Shown in pieces: positions 1 to 10,449 of a stretch of DNA of 59,012 nucleotides (its first letter is position 1; each line of letters begins with the position of its first letter). The notes below the pieces were generated by a model that worked only from the letters and a program-made list of their open reading frames with translations, ran no database searches and had not been told where the DNA came from. The translations under genes and the position numbers were made by a program. This DNA is from an uncultured Intrasporangiaceae bacterium. Its GTDB lineage: Bacteria; Actinomycetota; Actinomycetes; Actinomycetales; Dermatophilaceae. The stretch covers positions 1 through 59,012 of the forward strand of contig CAZLGB010000001.1 of the NCBI GenBank assembly GCA_964558825.1, given 5' to 3'.

Positions 1-411
1 CGGCACGGGGATCGCCGGCACGGAGGGGCGTCGCGACCGGCGCGCGCCGACCGCACCGAGCCCATCGGAGGCTCCCAGCGGACCACCCATGGACGCCCGC
101 CTACCGAGCGCAGCGCCGGTGCCCAGTGGTGCAGCGGCACCGAGCGAGGCCCCAGTCGCGAAGGGGGCCCGCGAACCGAGCGGCTCGGACTCCGCCGACG
201 TGCTCGCCAGCTCGAGCAACAGGGCCTGCAGGCCGGCGGACATCCCCGGCTCGCGTGCGGCCCGCAAGGACGCGAGCACTCGCCGCTCCTGCTCGACGGC
301 ATGACGGCAGGGCTCGCAGACGACGACATGGCGATCGCCTGCCAGCAGCTCTGCTGCGGGCAGGCGTCGGTCGACGTAGGCGCTGACGAGGTCGCCGAGG
401 TGCCGCTGCAT
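1..411 (-). CDS. rseA: Anti-sigma-E factor, zinc-binding ZAS family (RseA-like); C-terminal part lies beyond the window start
   Basis: Frame open from ATG at 411 to base 1 (absent from ORF track because it has no stop in the window). The ATG overlaps the sigE stop (ATGA). Translation [17 protein letters not shown]...DRHVVVCEPCRHAVEQE carries the H-x3-C-x2-C ZAS motif. Lies directly downstream of sigE. Confidence 0.8.
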   Translation of the reverse strand, partial: MQRHLGDLVSAYVDRRLPAAELLAGDRHVVVCEPCRHAVEQERRVLASLRAAREPGMSAGLQALLLELASTSAESEPLGSRAPFATGASLGAAAPLGTGAALGRRASMGGPLGASDGLGAVGARRSRRPSVPAIPVP

Positions 412-1103
412 CACGCCCCTTGACGGGCAACGGGGCGCAGCCGCCCCGGCAGGGGTATGCCGGTCCGCGACCGCGCGGGGGCGGCCGCCGCGGCGGGCTT
501 GATGTCGGGATTGACCACGGCGCCGGGGGCGCGGTGGGCCAGCGACTCGCGCAGGGCGGCGCGCCCACGGTGGATGCGCGAGCGCACCGTGCCGAGCTTG
601 ATGCCGAGCGTGGCGGCGATCTCCTCGTAGGACAACCCCTCGATGTCGCACAGGACGACGGCGGCGCGGAAGTCCGGCGGCAGCGCGTCGAGCGCCCGCT
701 GGATGTCGTCGTCGAGGTGGGTCGCCTCGAAGACCTGCTCGGGACCGGGCTCCGAGCTGGCCATCCGCCAAGCGGCGTCCTCGGGGAGGGCGTCGAAACG
801 GATGCGCTGCTTGCGGCGCATCTTGTCGAGGAAGACGTTGGTCGTGATCCGGTGCAGCCAGCCCTCGAAGGTGCCCGGCTGATAGCTGTGCAGCGAGCGG
901 AAGACCCGGACGAAGACGTCGTGGGTGAGGTCCTCGGCGTCGTGCGGATTGCCGGTCAGGCGGTAGGCGAGCCGGTAGACCCGAGCGGAGTGTTCGGTGA
1001 CGATCTGCTCCCACGAGGGCGGTGACCACGGCGCCGTGCCGTCGACCAGCGAAGCGGCGGGCTGGTCCAGCCCACTCGCCGGGAGGGTGAGCGTGTCGGT
1101 CAC
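411..1103 (-). CDS. sigE: ECF RNA polymerase sigma factor SigE
   Basis: 230-aa ORF with sigma-70 region 2 ([26 protein letters not shown]) and region 4 HTH ([25 protein letters not shown]). Followed by a ZAS anti-sigma gene and divergent from an O-methyltransferase, as in the mycobacterial sigE locus. Confidence 0.9.
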   Translation of the reverse strand: MTDTLTLPASGLDQPAASLVDGTAPWSPPSWEQIVTEHSARVYRLAYRLTGNPHDAEDLTHDVFVRVFRSLHSYQPGTFEGWLHRITTNVFLDKMRRKQRIRFDALPEDAAWRMASSEPGPEQVFEATHLDDDIQRALDALPPDFRAAVVLCDIEGLSYEEIAATLGIKLGTVRSRIHRGRAALRESLAHRAPGAVVNPDIKPAAAAAPARSRTGIPLPGRLRPVARQGA

Positions 1104-1292
1104 GTGAGTGTCGCGCCTTTCAGGGAGCTGCTTGTTACGACGTCTGTGGCAGGTCTACGGTTCCCGCGGGTCCCGTGCGTCAGCCACGACTTCACTGTGC
1201 CGGTTCTGTGAGCCAGCAACCATCGGGGTCGACCCCGATATTCCCCTGACCGACCCCGAGCATGCGCCAAGCGGCGCCACTAGGGTGAGCGC

Positions 1293-1925
1293 ATGAGCGC
1301 CAACCGTGCCGCCAGCTGGGCCTATGCCGACGCGTTCGTCTCCGAAGCCCCCGTCATCGAGTCCGCGCGCCGCCGCGGCGAGGAGCTCGGAGCGGTCCCG
1401 GTCGGCACCGCCACCGGCGCGGCCCTGCGGATGCTTGCCGCCGCGGTCCCGGCCAAGGCCGTCGTCGAGATCGGCACCGGCGCCGGGGTGTCCGGGCTGT
1501 GGCTGCTCTCGGGGATGCCCGCCGACGGCGTGCTGACGACCATCGACATCGAGGCCGAGCACCAGCGCGCCGCCAAGGACGCGTATGCCGCGGCCGGCTA
1601 CGCCCACCAGCGCACTCGGGTCATCACCGGGCGGGCGCTCGACGTGCTGGCCCGGATGACCGATGGGGCCTACGACCTGGCCCTCGTCGACGGCGACAAG
1701 TCCGAGTATCCGGCATACGTCACCGAGGCGGCGCGGCTGCTGCGACCGGGGGGTGTGCTTGCGATCGACAACATGCTCTGGCACGACAAGGTGGCCGACC
1801 CGGCGGCCCGCGACGAGGTGACCCGCACCTTGCGCGAGCTCGGCAAGACACTGCGCGAGGACGAGCGCTTCCACACGATGCTCCTGCCCGTCGGCGACGG
1901 CCTGTTGGTGGCCGTCAAGCGCTAA
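1293..1925 (+). CDS. Class I SAM-dependent O-methyltransferase (caffeoyl-CoA OMT-like)
   Basis: 210-aa ORF with SAM-binding motif VEIGTGAGVSGLWLL and a DGDK..Y..Y segment. Divergent from sigE. Confidence 0.85.
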   Translation: MSANRAASWAYADAFVSEAPVIESARRRGEELGAVPVGTATGAALRMLAAAVPAKAVVEIGTGAGVSGLWLLSGMPADGVLTTIDIEAEHQRAAKDAYAAAGYAHQRTRVITGRALDVLARMTDGAYDLALVDGDKSEYPAYVTEAARLLRPGGVLAIDNMLWHDKVADPAARDEVTRTLRELGKTLREDERFHTMLLPVGDGLLVAVKR

Positions 1926-1928
1926 GCC

Positions 1929-2735
1929 GTGGGCGCCCTGCCCGTGCTCGTCGGCCAGGTCAGTGACCTCCACCTCGGCGACGACCCCACAGCCACCGCT
2001 CGTGCCGCGCGGGTCTTCGCCCACCTGGGGGCGATGGCCACGCGCCTCGACGCGCTCGTGCTCACTGGCGACCTCACCGATGCCGGCACCGACGCGGCGT
2101 ATGCCGTGCTCTCCGGCCTGCTCGACGCGCACCTTCCCGGCGGGCCGGCGCTGGTCTACTGCCCGGGCAATCACGACGAGCGGGCGGCATACCAGCGCTT
2201 CCTGGCCGCCCGCGGCGGCCCGCGCGACGGAGTCCATCGGCTGCCCGGGCTCACCGTGCTTGCCCTCGACACCCTCGTGCCCGGCGCACCGCACGGCGAG
2301 CTGGGCGACGCCGGGGCCCGGCGACTGTGGGCCGAGCTCGCCGCGGCGCCACCGGATCGACCGGTCGTCCTGGCCATGCATCACCCGCCGGTGCCCGTGC
2401 ACAGCGAGTGGCTCGACTCGATGCCCCTCACGGACCCCGCGCGGTTGGCGGCGGCGATCGAGGCGAGCGGCCGGCGCCCCGACCTCGTCCTCACCGGGCA
2501 CACTCATGCGGCGACCGCGACGGCCTGGCACGGCATACCCGTGCGGGGGTCTGGGGCGGTGCGCTCGACCCTGATCAGCGAATGGGAGAGCGGGGTGGCG
2601 GACCACCTCACCGACGACGTGCCCCCGATGCTCGCCTTCCATCACCTCTCGCCGGCAGCAACCGGCGGGGGCGGGGGCGCCGGTGCCGGCCCGGCCACCG
2701 TCACCACACGATGGCGCGCGCTCCCGGCCAGCTGA
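1929..2735 (+). CDS. Metallophosphoesterase (CpdA-like phosphodiesterase family)
   Basis: Motifs DLHLGDD, GDLTD, GNHD, HHPP and GHTH in the canonical order. GTG start 4 nt after the previous stop. Confidence 0.8.
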   Translation: MGALPVLVGQVSDLHLGDDPTATARAARVFAHLGAMATRLDALVLTGDLTDAGTDAAYAVLSGLLDAHLPGGPALVYCPGNHDERAAYQRFLAARGGPRDGVHRLPGLTVLALDTLVPGAPHGELGDAGARRLWAELAAAPPDRPVVLAMHHPPVPVHSEWLDSMPLTDPARLAAAIEASGRRPDLVLTGHTHAATATAWHGIPVRGSGAVRSTLISEWESGVADHLTDDVPPMLAFHHLSPAATGGGGGAGAGPATVTTRWRALPAS

Positions 2736-2805
2736 CCGGCGGGACAACGAGTCGGGCCCCCGACTCCGTGGGAGTCAGGGGCCCGCAGGCTCAGGCAAAC
2801 GCGAG

Positions 2806-2979
2806 TCAGGAGACGCCGTCGCAGCCTTGGATCGCGTCACGCAGGGCCGCAGCCTCGTCGGGCGTCATCTCGACGACCAGACGACCGCCACCCTCGAGCG
2901 GCATACGGAGAACGATCCCGCGCCCCTCCTTGGTGACCTCGAGCGGACCATCACCGGTCCTCGGCTTCATCGCCGCCAT
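2806..2979 (-). CDS. DUF3117-type small conserved actinobacterial protein
   Basis: MAAMKPRTGDGPLEVTKEGRGIVLRMPLEGGGRLVVEMTPDEAAAL matches this conserved ~55-aa family. Start moved to the internal ATG at 2979, which is preceded by GAGGAAGG. Confidence 0.8.
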   Translation of the reverse strand: MAAMKPRTGDGPLEVTKEGRGIVLRMPLEGGGRLVVEMTPDEAAALRDAIQGCDGVS

Positions 2980-3105
2980 GGGTTCCCCTTCCTCGGAACT
3001 CAGCGCCATGCGCGCACGGATCGACCTCGCGCGCGCGGCTGCCAGAGACCATTATCACGCCTGCAGCCGGTCGGGACGAAATCGCCGTAGGGCACCATTG
3101 CCACC

Positions 3106-3915
3106 ATGACCTCCGCTGCGACGGCCGGGTCCGACCCGGTGCTGCTCACCATCGCCGACGGCGTCGGCACGGTGACCTTCAACCGGCCCGACGCCATGAA
3201 CTCCCTCGACCTCGCGACCAAGGAGCTGCTCGCTCCGACCCTCGCGCGCGCCGCCGACGACCCCGACGTGCGGGTCGTCGTCATCACCGGTGCGGGGCGC
3301 GCCTTCTGCGTCGGGCAGGACCTCAAGGAGCACATCACCGGTCTCAAGGCCGGCGACGAGGGCCTGCAGGTCACCGTCGTCAAGCACTACAACCCGGTCG
3401 CCGAGTTGATCGCGACCATGGACAAGCCGGTCATCGCCGCCATCAACGGCGTGGCAGCCGGCGCGGGTGCCTCGATTGCCATGGGGGCCGACTTCCGGAT
3501 CATGGTGGACCGCGGCGGGATGAATCTCGCCTTCGCCGGGATCGCGCTCTCCTGCGACACCGGCGCGTCCTTCTGGCTGCCCCGGCTGGTCGGCATGGCC
3601 AAGGCCAAGGAATTGCTGCTGCTGCCCCGCACGCTCTCCGCGCAGGAGTGCCTCGAGCTTGGCCTGGTCACCACGGTCGTGTCGGCCGAGGACTTCGCCG
3701 GCGAGGTCGCCACGCTCGCAGCCAAGCTCGCCGCGGGGCCGACCAAGGCCTACGGCGCGATGCGCCGGGCAGTGGCCTACAGCGCGACCCACGACCTCAC
3801 CGAGTCGCTGGCCTTCGAGGCGGCGCAGATGAACGCCACCGGGTTCACGGCCGACCACCTCGCCGCGGTCGACGCCTTCCTTACCAAGCAGAAGCCGATC
3901 TTCCAGGGCCGCTGA
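3106..3915 (+). CDS. Enoyl-CoA hydratase/isomerase (crotonase) family protein
   Basis: 269-aa ORF with crotonase signatures (VVVITGAGRAFCVGQDL, AAINGVAAGAGASIAMGAD, MAKAKELLLL). Confidence 0.85.
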   Translation: MTSAATAGSDPVLLTIADGVGTVTFNRPDAMNSLDLATKELLAPTLARAADDPDVRVVVITGAGRAFCVGQDLKEHITGLKAGDEGLQVTVVKHYNPVAELIATMDKPVIAAINGVAAGAGASIAMGADFRIMVDRGGMNLAFAGIALSCDTGASFWLPRLVGMAKAKELLLLPRTLSAQECLELGLVTTVVSAEDFAGEVATLAAKLAAGPTKAYGAMRRAVAYSATHDLTESLAFEAAQMNATGFTADHLAAVDAFLTKQKPIFQGR

Positions 3916-3932
3916 GTCCAGACGGGCTGCGC

Positions 3933-5204
3933 TCAGGGAGCCCAGTCGGTCGGTGGCGTGAAGTGCCAGAGGACGCTGATCCACTTCCACTGCCACCACA
4001 GGGCGAGCGGCACGAGCACGGCGAAGCGCAGCATCGTCGGCAGCCACCGTCCGCGCCCGCGCTCCCCTGCCAGCCCGAGCAGGACGGCGAGATAGGGAAA
4101 CATCGGCAGCAGGTAGCGAGGAGTGCTCGTCCCTGGGGTCTGAGCCGCCATGACGTATGCCGCGTAGACCAGCGGCCAGGTGCGCAGCTCGGCGCCGAGC
4201 CGCCGCGCCCAGGGGCCGGCAACTCCGGCGATGAGCACGGCGATGAGAGCGACGAGTGCCGGCAGCGCCCAGTCGCCGAGGTAATAGGGCGGGATGGTCA
4301 GCCACGGCTCGAAGATGCGCACCTGACCGCCGTAGGACCAGGCCCCCATCGTCTCGAGGTAGGCGTTGCGCTCGCCCGTGCCGAGCCAGGCGATCGCCGG
4401 CCACAGCAGGCCGGCGACGCCGCACCCGACGAGGGCGGCGAGGGCTGAGGCCGCCTCGCTCGCCGCGATCGGTGAGGTATGCCGGCGCCGCCACCGCAGC
4501 CACAGCGCGACGAGGGTGACGACGCCCAGCGGGAGCGCGATCGGTCGGGTGAGGCCGATGAGCAGCGCCAATCCCGTTGCGACGAGCCAGCGCTCGCGAC
4601 GCAGGGCAAGCAGGTAGCCGCACAGCAGCAGCATGGCGAAGGACTCGGTGTAGCAGACCTGCAGCGCCGGGGAGGAGGGAAAGACGGCATACAGGGTGAC
4701 GGTGAGCAGCGCGCCGACGCGCCCGAGCGGCTCGCGCAGCAAGAGGGCCATGAGCACGGCCGCGCCGAAGCCCGCGAGCAGGGCGAGCATCGACCCGACG
4801 ACGGGGAAGGACGCGCCGGTGAGCGTCATCACCACTCGCGAGAGCAGCGGATAGAGGGGATAGAAGGCCCAGGGGTTCTGCTGGACCGAGCCGTTGTCGT
4901 CGCGCGGCAGCTCGCTCGGATAGCCGTCGGTGGCGATGCGGCCATACCACTCGCCGTCCCAGAGCCGGGTGAAGCCGAAGTAGCCGACGCGCAGGCCGTC
5001 GGTCATACCGGCCGGCTCCTGGGACGGCGCGACGATCGCCAGCATGACCGCGGTGAGGAGCCGGGTGACGGCATAGAGGTAGACGACCTGGGCGACGAGG
5101 CTGCCGCGCAACACCCGGGCCAGCAGCGCCTCGGCCCGGGGGAAGGCGAGCGGGGCTGGAGGGTCGGCCGCCGCCGGTGCGGCGGGACCGGCGGAGGCGC
5201 TCAC
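3933..5204 (-). CDS. Polytopic membrane protein, GT-C / PIG-V-like mannosyltransferase family
   Basis: About 10 predicted TM helices and a WDGEWYGRIATDGY motif reminiscent of PIG-V-type mannosyltransferases. The GTG start at 5204 overlaps the tag stop (GTGA). The upstream part of the 602-aa track ORF overlaps tag and is Arg-rich shadow. Confidence 0.65.
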   Translation of the reverse strand: MSASAGPAAPAAADPPAPLAFPRAEALLARVLRGSLVAQVVYLYAVTRLLTAVMLAIVAPSQEPAGMTDGLRVGYFGFTRLWDGEWYGRIATDGYPSELPRDDNGSVQQNPWAFYPLYPLLSRVVMTLTGASFPVVGSMLALLAGFGAAVLMALLLREPLGRVGALLTVTLYAVFPSSPALQVCYTESFAMLLLCGYLLALRRERWLVATGLALLIGLTRPIALPLGVVTLVALWLRWRRRHTSPIAASEAASALAALVGCGVAGLLWPAIAWLGTGERNAYLETMGAWSYGGQVRIFEPWLTIPPYYLGDWALPALVALIAVLIAGVAGPWARRLGAELRTWPLVYAAYVMAAQTPGTSTPRYLLPMFPYLAVLLGLAGERGRGRWLPTMLRFAVLVPLALWWQWKWISVLWHFTPPTDWAP

Positions 5205-5806
5205 TCGCGTCCCGACCGGTGGCACCCGAGCAGGTGGTCGTCGACGAGCCCACAGGCCTGCATCGCGGCATACATCGTCGTCGGTCCGACGAAGACGAAG
5301 CCGTGCGCCTTGAGCGCCTTGGCGAGGGCCACCGACTCGGGGCTGCTCGCGCGCAGCTCGGCCGGGCTCGCGGGAGGGGTATGCCGGGCCGGCGCGTGTG
5401 ACCACACGAGGGCGTCGAGCCCCCCGTGCTCGCGCAGCGCCACGGTCTCGCGGGCGTTGGCGATCGCCGCGTCGACCTTGCGGACGTTGCGGACGATGCC
5501 GGGGTCGGCCAACAGCCGCGCGCGGTCGTCGGCGTCGAAGGTAGCGACGACCTCGGGGTCGAAGCCCGCGAAGGCGGCGCGGAAGGACTCGCGCTTGCGC
5601 AGGATGGTCAGCCAGGACAGCCCCGACTGAAAGGCCTCGAGGGTGAGTCGCTCGAAGAGCGCCGACTCGCCGTGCACCGGCCGGCCCCATTCGAGGTCGT
5701 GATAGTCGACATAGTCGGGGGCCGAGGCGGCCCAGGCGCACCGGGGTATGTCGTCAGCCCCCACGGCGATGCCCGGCCGGGACGGGGTGCTCGCCCCGTC
5801 GGTCAC
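5201..5806 (-). CDS. tag: DNA-3-methyladenine glycosylase I
   Basis: 201-aa ORF. YHDLEWGRPV, LTLEAFQSGLSWLTILRKRE and GPTTMYAAMQACGLVDDH are typical of Tag. Confidence 0.9.
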   Translation of the reverse strand: MTDGASTPSRPGIAVGADDIPRCAWAASAPDYVDYHDLEWGRPVHGESALFERLTLEAFQSGLSWLTILRKRESFRAAFAGFDPEVVATFDADDRARLLADPGIVRNVRKVDAAIANARETVALREHGGLDALVWSHAPARHTPPASPAELRASSPESVALAKALKAHGFVFVGPTTMYAAMQACGLVDDHLLGCHRSGRE

Positions 5807-6240
5807 GGCTCGCCGACCATGTCGGTGACGGCCCGGCGGAACATCGCCGCGACGGCCCGGTCACTCAGCGGGGCGACGAGCCGGCCGATGGCGTGCGGAT
5901 GCACGACGATCTCCTCACGCCACACCAGCTCGGTCCGCTCCGGCCCACGCGCCGTGAGGGTGACCTCGGCCCAGCCGCCGAGCAGCCGTCCGGTCTTGAC
6001 GACGGCATAGACTGCTGTGGGCGAATCCGTTTGCGGCGGAGACCATCTGGTGACGACCATCGCGTCGATGAAGCGCACCGGGCCGACCCCGGTGACCGCT
6101 CGGAAGGACCAGCCGACCCTGGGCTGCCCCGGGTCGGTGTGCACCGTGGTCAGCGGCAGCCGGTGGGCCCGCACATCGGCCACCCGCGCCCAGACGGCGG
6201 GCAGCGGTTGGTGGACGATGCGAGTGACGACGACGGGCAC
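5803..6240 (-). CDS. SRPBCC (START/polyketide-cyclase-like) family protein
   Basis: 145-aa ORF with normal composition. Its stop overlaps the tag start. Family call made from overall pattern only. Confidence 0.65.
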   Translation of the reverse strand: MPVVVTRIVHQPLPAVWARVADVRAHRLPLTTVHTDPGQPRVGWSFRAVTGVGPVRFIDAMVVTRWSPPQTDSPTAVYAVVKTGRLLGGWAEVTLTARGPERTELVWREEIVVHPHAIGRLVAPLSDRAVAAMFRRAVTDMVGEP

Positions 6241-6244
6241 CGGC

Positions 6245-6594
6245 TCAGGCCTCCGCCGGCGATGACTCGCCGGCCGCCGAGACCGGCTCGACCGCCGGTG
6301 CCGGATCGGTTGCGCCGCTGGGGGATTCGTCGGTCGTCGGCTCGAGCCGCTCGCGCAGCGAGGCGATCTCGTCGGCCAAACGCCCGATGACCTCGTCGAC
6401 CTGGTCCATCCGATAGCCCCGCAGGCCGGTGTCGAGACGCAGCGACTCGAGGTCGCCGGGCGTCAGCCGGTCGTCGGGCAGGGGCACATACGACAGCGAG
6501 CTCGTCGGCTCGACGAGCGCCCCGTCGACCCGGCCGAGCACGGCGGCCACCGTGAGCCCGACGAGCACGACAGCGACGGTGAGGGCGAGCGCCA

Positions 6595-6598
<4 letters not shown>
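6245..6598 (-). CDS. Small membrane-anchored DivIVA-domain protein
   Basis: N-terminal TM helix followed by LRGYRMDQVDEVIGRLADEIASLRERL (DivIVA N-terminal domain signature). The ATG overlaps the stop of the upstream LOG gene. Confidence 0.7.
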
Positions 6599-7497
<899 letters not shown>

Positions 7498-7646
7498 GAG
7501 GCCCAACGCTAACCGACGCCGCTGGGTCCAGCAGCGCCCCTCGCCCGTGCGCACTCGCAAGGGTGGGCCCTGGCGACTGGCCAGCGGCACCTTGGTCGCA
7601 CTCCTGTGAGGCACCATGCGGCCGGGAGAGGACAGGCGTCCGGGGA

Positions 7647-7788
7647 GGCACTGGGCTGTAGAAACCGTCACGGGTGACCGAAACAGCAGCCCAAGCCCTC
7701 TGCTGACCAACCAGAACGGGGGCTGCAGAGGCAAAGGGCAGGCAATGGGCTGTAGAAACCGTCACGGGTGACCGAAACAGCAGCCCAA
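7647..7788. repeat. Two direct copies of a 48-bp element (7647-7694 and 7741-7788; 1 mismatch, 43 bp perfect), each a potential hairpin, flanking a third hairpin
   Basis: TGGGCTGTAGAAACCGTCACGGGTGACCGAAACAGCAGCCCAA occurs twice. GGGCTGT pairs with GCAGCCC (one G-U pair as RNA) and GTCAC with GTGAC. Between the copies CCTCTGC..GCAGAGG (7696-7733) can also pair. Lies in the 307-bp gap between a NUDIX gene and the LOG gene. Confidence 0.85.
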
Positions 7789-7804
7789 CAATCCCGTCGA
7801 CTCG

Positions 7805-8314
7805 TCAGCGAGGCCCTCCGTCAGGAAGGCTGCGATGGATCAGCTCATGGTGGTGGCGGCGCAGGCCCTCGGGAAGCGCATCGAGGGTGAACCACCGCGC
7901 CTCGAGGATCTCGCTGCGCTGCAACCGGATCGGCCCCGATTCAGGCGCCACCCGCGCGACGAGGTCGACCTCGATCCGCAGCCGCAGCCCCGCCGACACC
8001 CGCACGACGTGGACCTCGGCGAGCTCCAGCCCGGTCTCCTCGCGCACCTCTCGGGCAAAGGCGGCCTCGAGGCTCTCGCCCCGCTCGAGATAGCCGCTCG
8101 GCGTGCCCCACGGACAGTCCTTCCACCAGCGGTGGCGCAGCAGCAGCACCCGACCGGCATCGTCGTGCACTGCACCCGTGAGCCCGACGACGAACTGCGG
8201 GTGACGCAGCCACAACAGCCGCCACTGCGCCCGCCCGGACAACGCGCGCCACACCGCGGGGCCAAGCCCGTCGGGCAGGCCGGCGGCGAGCGCATCGCGC
8301 AGGCGCACCGGCAT
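7805..8314 (-). CDS. NUDIX hydrolase
   Basis: Nudix box GYLERGESLEAAFAREVREETGL. ATG at 8314 is preceded by GAGAGG. The upstream part of the track ORF overlaps dapE. Confidence 0.8.
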   Translation of the reverse strand: MPVRLRDALAAGLPDGLGPAVWRALSGRAQWRLLWLRHPQFVVGLTGAVHDDAGRVLLLRHRWWKDCPWGTPSGYLERGESLEAAFAREVREETGLELAEVHVVRVSAGLRLRIEVDLVARVAPESGPIRLQRSEILEARWFTLDALPEGLRRHHHELIHRSLPDGGPR

Positions 8315-8333
8315 ACCTCTCGCCCCCAAAGGG

Positions 8334-9416
8334 TCAGGCGCCGAGCCAGCGCCGCATGGCCGCCTCGGCGGCGACATACTGCGCGACCGGGGCGCGCTCG
8401 TCGTCCATGTGCGCGAGCAGCGGGTCGCCGGGGCCGTAGTTGACGGCCGGGATGCCCAAGCCGGCAAAGCGGGCGACGTCGGTCCAGCCCTCCTTGGCCT
8501 GCACCGGCACGCCGAGCGCGGTGACGAAGGCCTGGGCGGCCGGCCGGTCGAGCCCCGGACGCGCGCCGCCGGCGTTGTCGACGATCTCCAGCTCGAAGGC
8601 GTGGAAGACCTCGCGCACGTGTGCGACGGCCTGCTCCTCCGAGCGGTCGGGGGCATACCGATAGTTGACGGTCACCGTGCACGAGTCGGGGATGATGTTG
8701 GCCGCCGTGCCACCGCTGATGAGCACGGCCTGCAGCGCCTCGCGATAGGTCAGCCCCTCGACGTCGACGACCCGCGCGGTGTATGCCGTGAGCCGCGCGA
8801 GGATCTCACCCGCGTCGTGAATCGCGTTGTGTCCCATCCACGGACGCGCCGAGTGAGAGGCAATCCCCTTGGTGCGCACCTCTGCTCGCAAGGTGCCCTT
8901 GCAGCCGCCCTCGACGGTGCCATCGGTCGGCTCCATGAGGACGGCGAAATCCGCCTGCAGCGCAGTGGGATCCGAGGCGGCGACCCGCCGCAGGCCGTTG
9001 CGCTCGGAGTCGACCTCTTCACAGTCGTAGAAGCAATAGGTGACGTCACGGTTGGGCTCGGCGAGGGTGGCGGCGAGCTTGAGCATGACCGCCACGCCGC
9101 CCTTCATGTCGACGGTGCCGCGGCCGACGAGCTCATCGCCGACCCGGCGGGTCGGGAGATTGGGCGTGGCCCGGGTGAGCGGCACCGTGTCGATGTGCCC
9201 GGCGATGACGACTCGCTCGGCGCGGCCGAGCTCGGTGCGAGCGATGACGGTGTTGCCGTCGCGGTGGACATGCAGGTGGCGCAGCGGGGTCAGCGCCGCC
9301 TCGATGGCGTCGGCCAGGGGGGCCTCGTCGCCGCTCACCGACTCGATGTCGCAGACGGCCGCGGTGAGGGCGACGACGTCGAGGGCACAGTCGAGCGACA
9401 GCGAGTGGGACGGCAT
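8334..9416 (-). CDS. dapE: Succinyl-diaminopimelate desuccinylase
   Basis: M20 peptidase pattern ([25 protein letters not shown]) with the actinobacterial DapE layout. Divergent from dapD. Start at the internal ATG 9416 ([15 protein letters not shown]). Confidence 0.9.
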   Translation of the reverse strand: MPSHSLSLDCALDVVALTAAVCDIESVSGDEAPLADAIEAALTPLRHLHVHRDGNTVIARTELGRAERVVIAGHIDTVPLTRATPNLPTRRVGDELVGRGTVDMKGGVAVMLKLAATLAEPNRDVTYCFYDCEEVDSERNGLRRVAASDPTALQADFAVLMEPTDGTVEGGCKGTLRAEVRTKGIASHSARPWMGHNAIHDAGEILARLTAYTARVVDVEGLTYREALQAVLISGGTAANIIPDSCTVTVNYRYAPDRSEEQAVAHVREVFHAFELEIVDNAGGARPGLDRPAAQAFVTALGVPVQAKEGWTDVARFAGLGIPAVNYGPGDPLLAHMDDERAPVAQYVAAEAAMRRWLGA

Positions 9417-9519
9417 ACCCCTGAGCCTAAAGCCGGGGCGAGGCGATCTGGCGCAGCCCACCTCCCGGTGGCTGAATACCTCCGACCCGTGCACGAGCGC
9501 AGCGCTTAGGCTTGCGGGC

Positions 9520-10449
9520 ATGACGGAGCGGCGGATGGCCTGGGGCGACGGACTGGCGACGATCGCCGGTGACACGGTGCTCGACACGTGGTTCCCGCGG
9601 CCGGCGTTGGGCGCCCGGCCAGCCGACGCCCAGCCCGTCGAGGCGCTGGCGGCCCTCTCCGGAGCCGACGCCGCGCGCAGCATCCGCACCCAGGTCGTCC
9701 TCGTCGAGATCGATCTCGACGCCCCGCCGGCCGGCACGTCCGACGCCTATCTGCGGCTGCACCTGCTCAGCCACCGCCTCGTCGCGCCCAACACCATCAA
9801 CCTCGAGGGCATCTTCGGCGTGCTGCCGAATGTCGTGTGGACCAACCACGGCCCATGCCTCGTCGAGCACTTCGAGCGCACCCGGGTGTGGCTGCGCGCC
9901 CGTGGGCCGGTGATGGTCTACGGGATCGACAAGTTCCCGCGGATGGTCGACTACGTCGTGCCGTCGGGGGTGCGGATCGCCGACGCCGACCGGGTGCGCC
10001 TCGGTGCCCACCTGGCCAGCGGGACGACGGTCATGCACGAGGGCTTCGTCAACTTCAACGCCGGCACTCTCGGAGCGTCGATGGTCGAGGGGCGCATCAG
10101 CCAGGGCGTCGTCGTCGACGACGGCTCCGACATCGGCGGCGGTGCCTCGACCATGGGCACCCTCTCCGGCGGCGGCACCGAGCGCGTGCGCATCGGCAAG
10201 CGCTGCCTGCTCGGGGCCGAGTCGGGCCTCGGCATCGCGCTCGGGGACGACTGCGTCGTCGAGGCCGGGCTCTATCTCACCGCAGGCACCAAGGTCACCC
10301 TGCCCGACGGGCAGATCGTCAAGGCTCGGGACTTGTCCGGCCAGTCGAGCCTGCTCTTCCTGCGTGACTCGGTGAGCGGCGCGGTCGTCGTCAAGGCCCG
10401 CGACGGGCACGGCATCACCCTCAACGACGCCTTGCATGCCAACGACTAG
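9520..10449 (+). CDS. dapD: 2,3,4,5-tetrahydropyridine-2,6-dicarboxylate N-succinyltransferase
   Basis: Left-handed beta-helix hexapeptide repeats ([36 protein letters not shown]...) and [10 protein letters not shown]-domain. Start at the internal ATG 9520. Confidence 0.9.
   Translation: MTERRMAWGDGLATIAGDTVLDTWFPRPALGARPADAQPVEALAALSGADAARSIRTQVVLVEIDLDAPPAGTSDAYLRLHLLSHRLVAPNTINLEGIFGVLPNVVWTNHGPCLVEHFERTRVWLRARGPVMVYGIDKFPRMVDYVVPSGVRIADADRVRLGAHLASGTTVMHEGFVNFNAGTLGASMVEGRISQGVVVDDGSDIGGGASTMGTLSGGGTERVRIGKRCLLGAESGLGIALGDDCVVEAGLYLTAGTKVTLPDGQIVKARDLSGQSSLLFLRDSVSGAVVVKARDGHGITLNDALHAND

Noticed and set aside
3055-5271. 738-aa minus-strand ORF, plus similar long ORFs (1155-2747, 15444-17117, 18565-20262, 22717-24627, 27620-29911, 33248-34912)
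   Set aside because: All are Arg/Pro/Gly-rich with no motifs. Each overlaps, in another frame or strand, a gene with clear family signatures.
7647-7788. Possible mini-CRISPR array (repeat ending in GAAAC-like sequence)
   Set aside because: There are only two copies. The 43-48-bp repeat and the 46-51-bp interval are outside usual CRISPR dimensions. No cas genes or leader are present. The interval itself is a hairpin.
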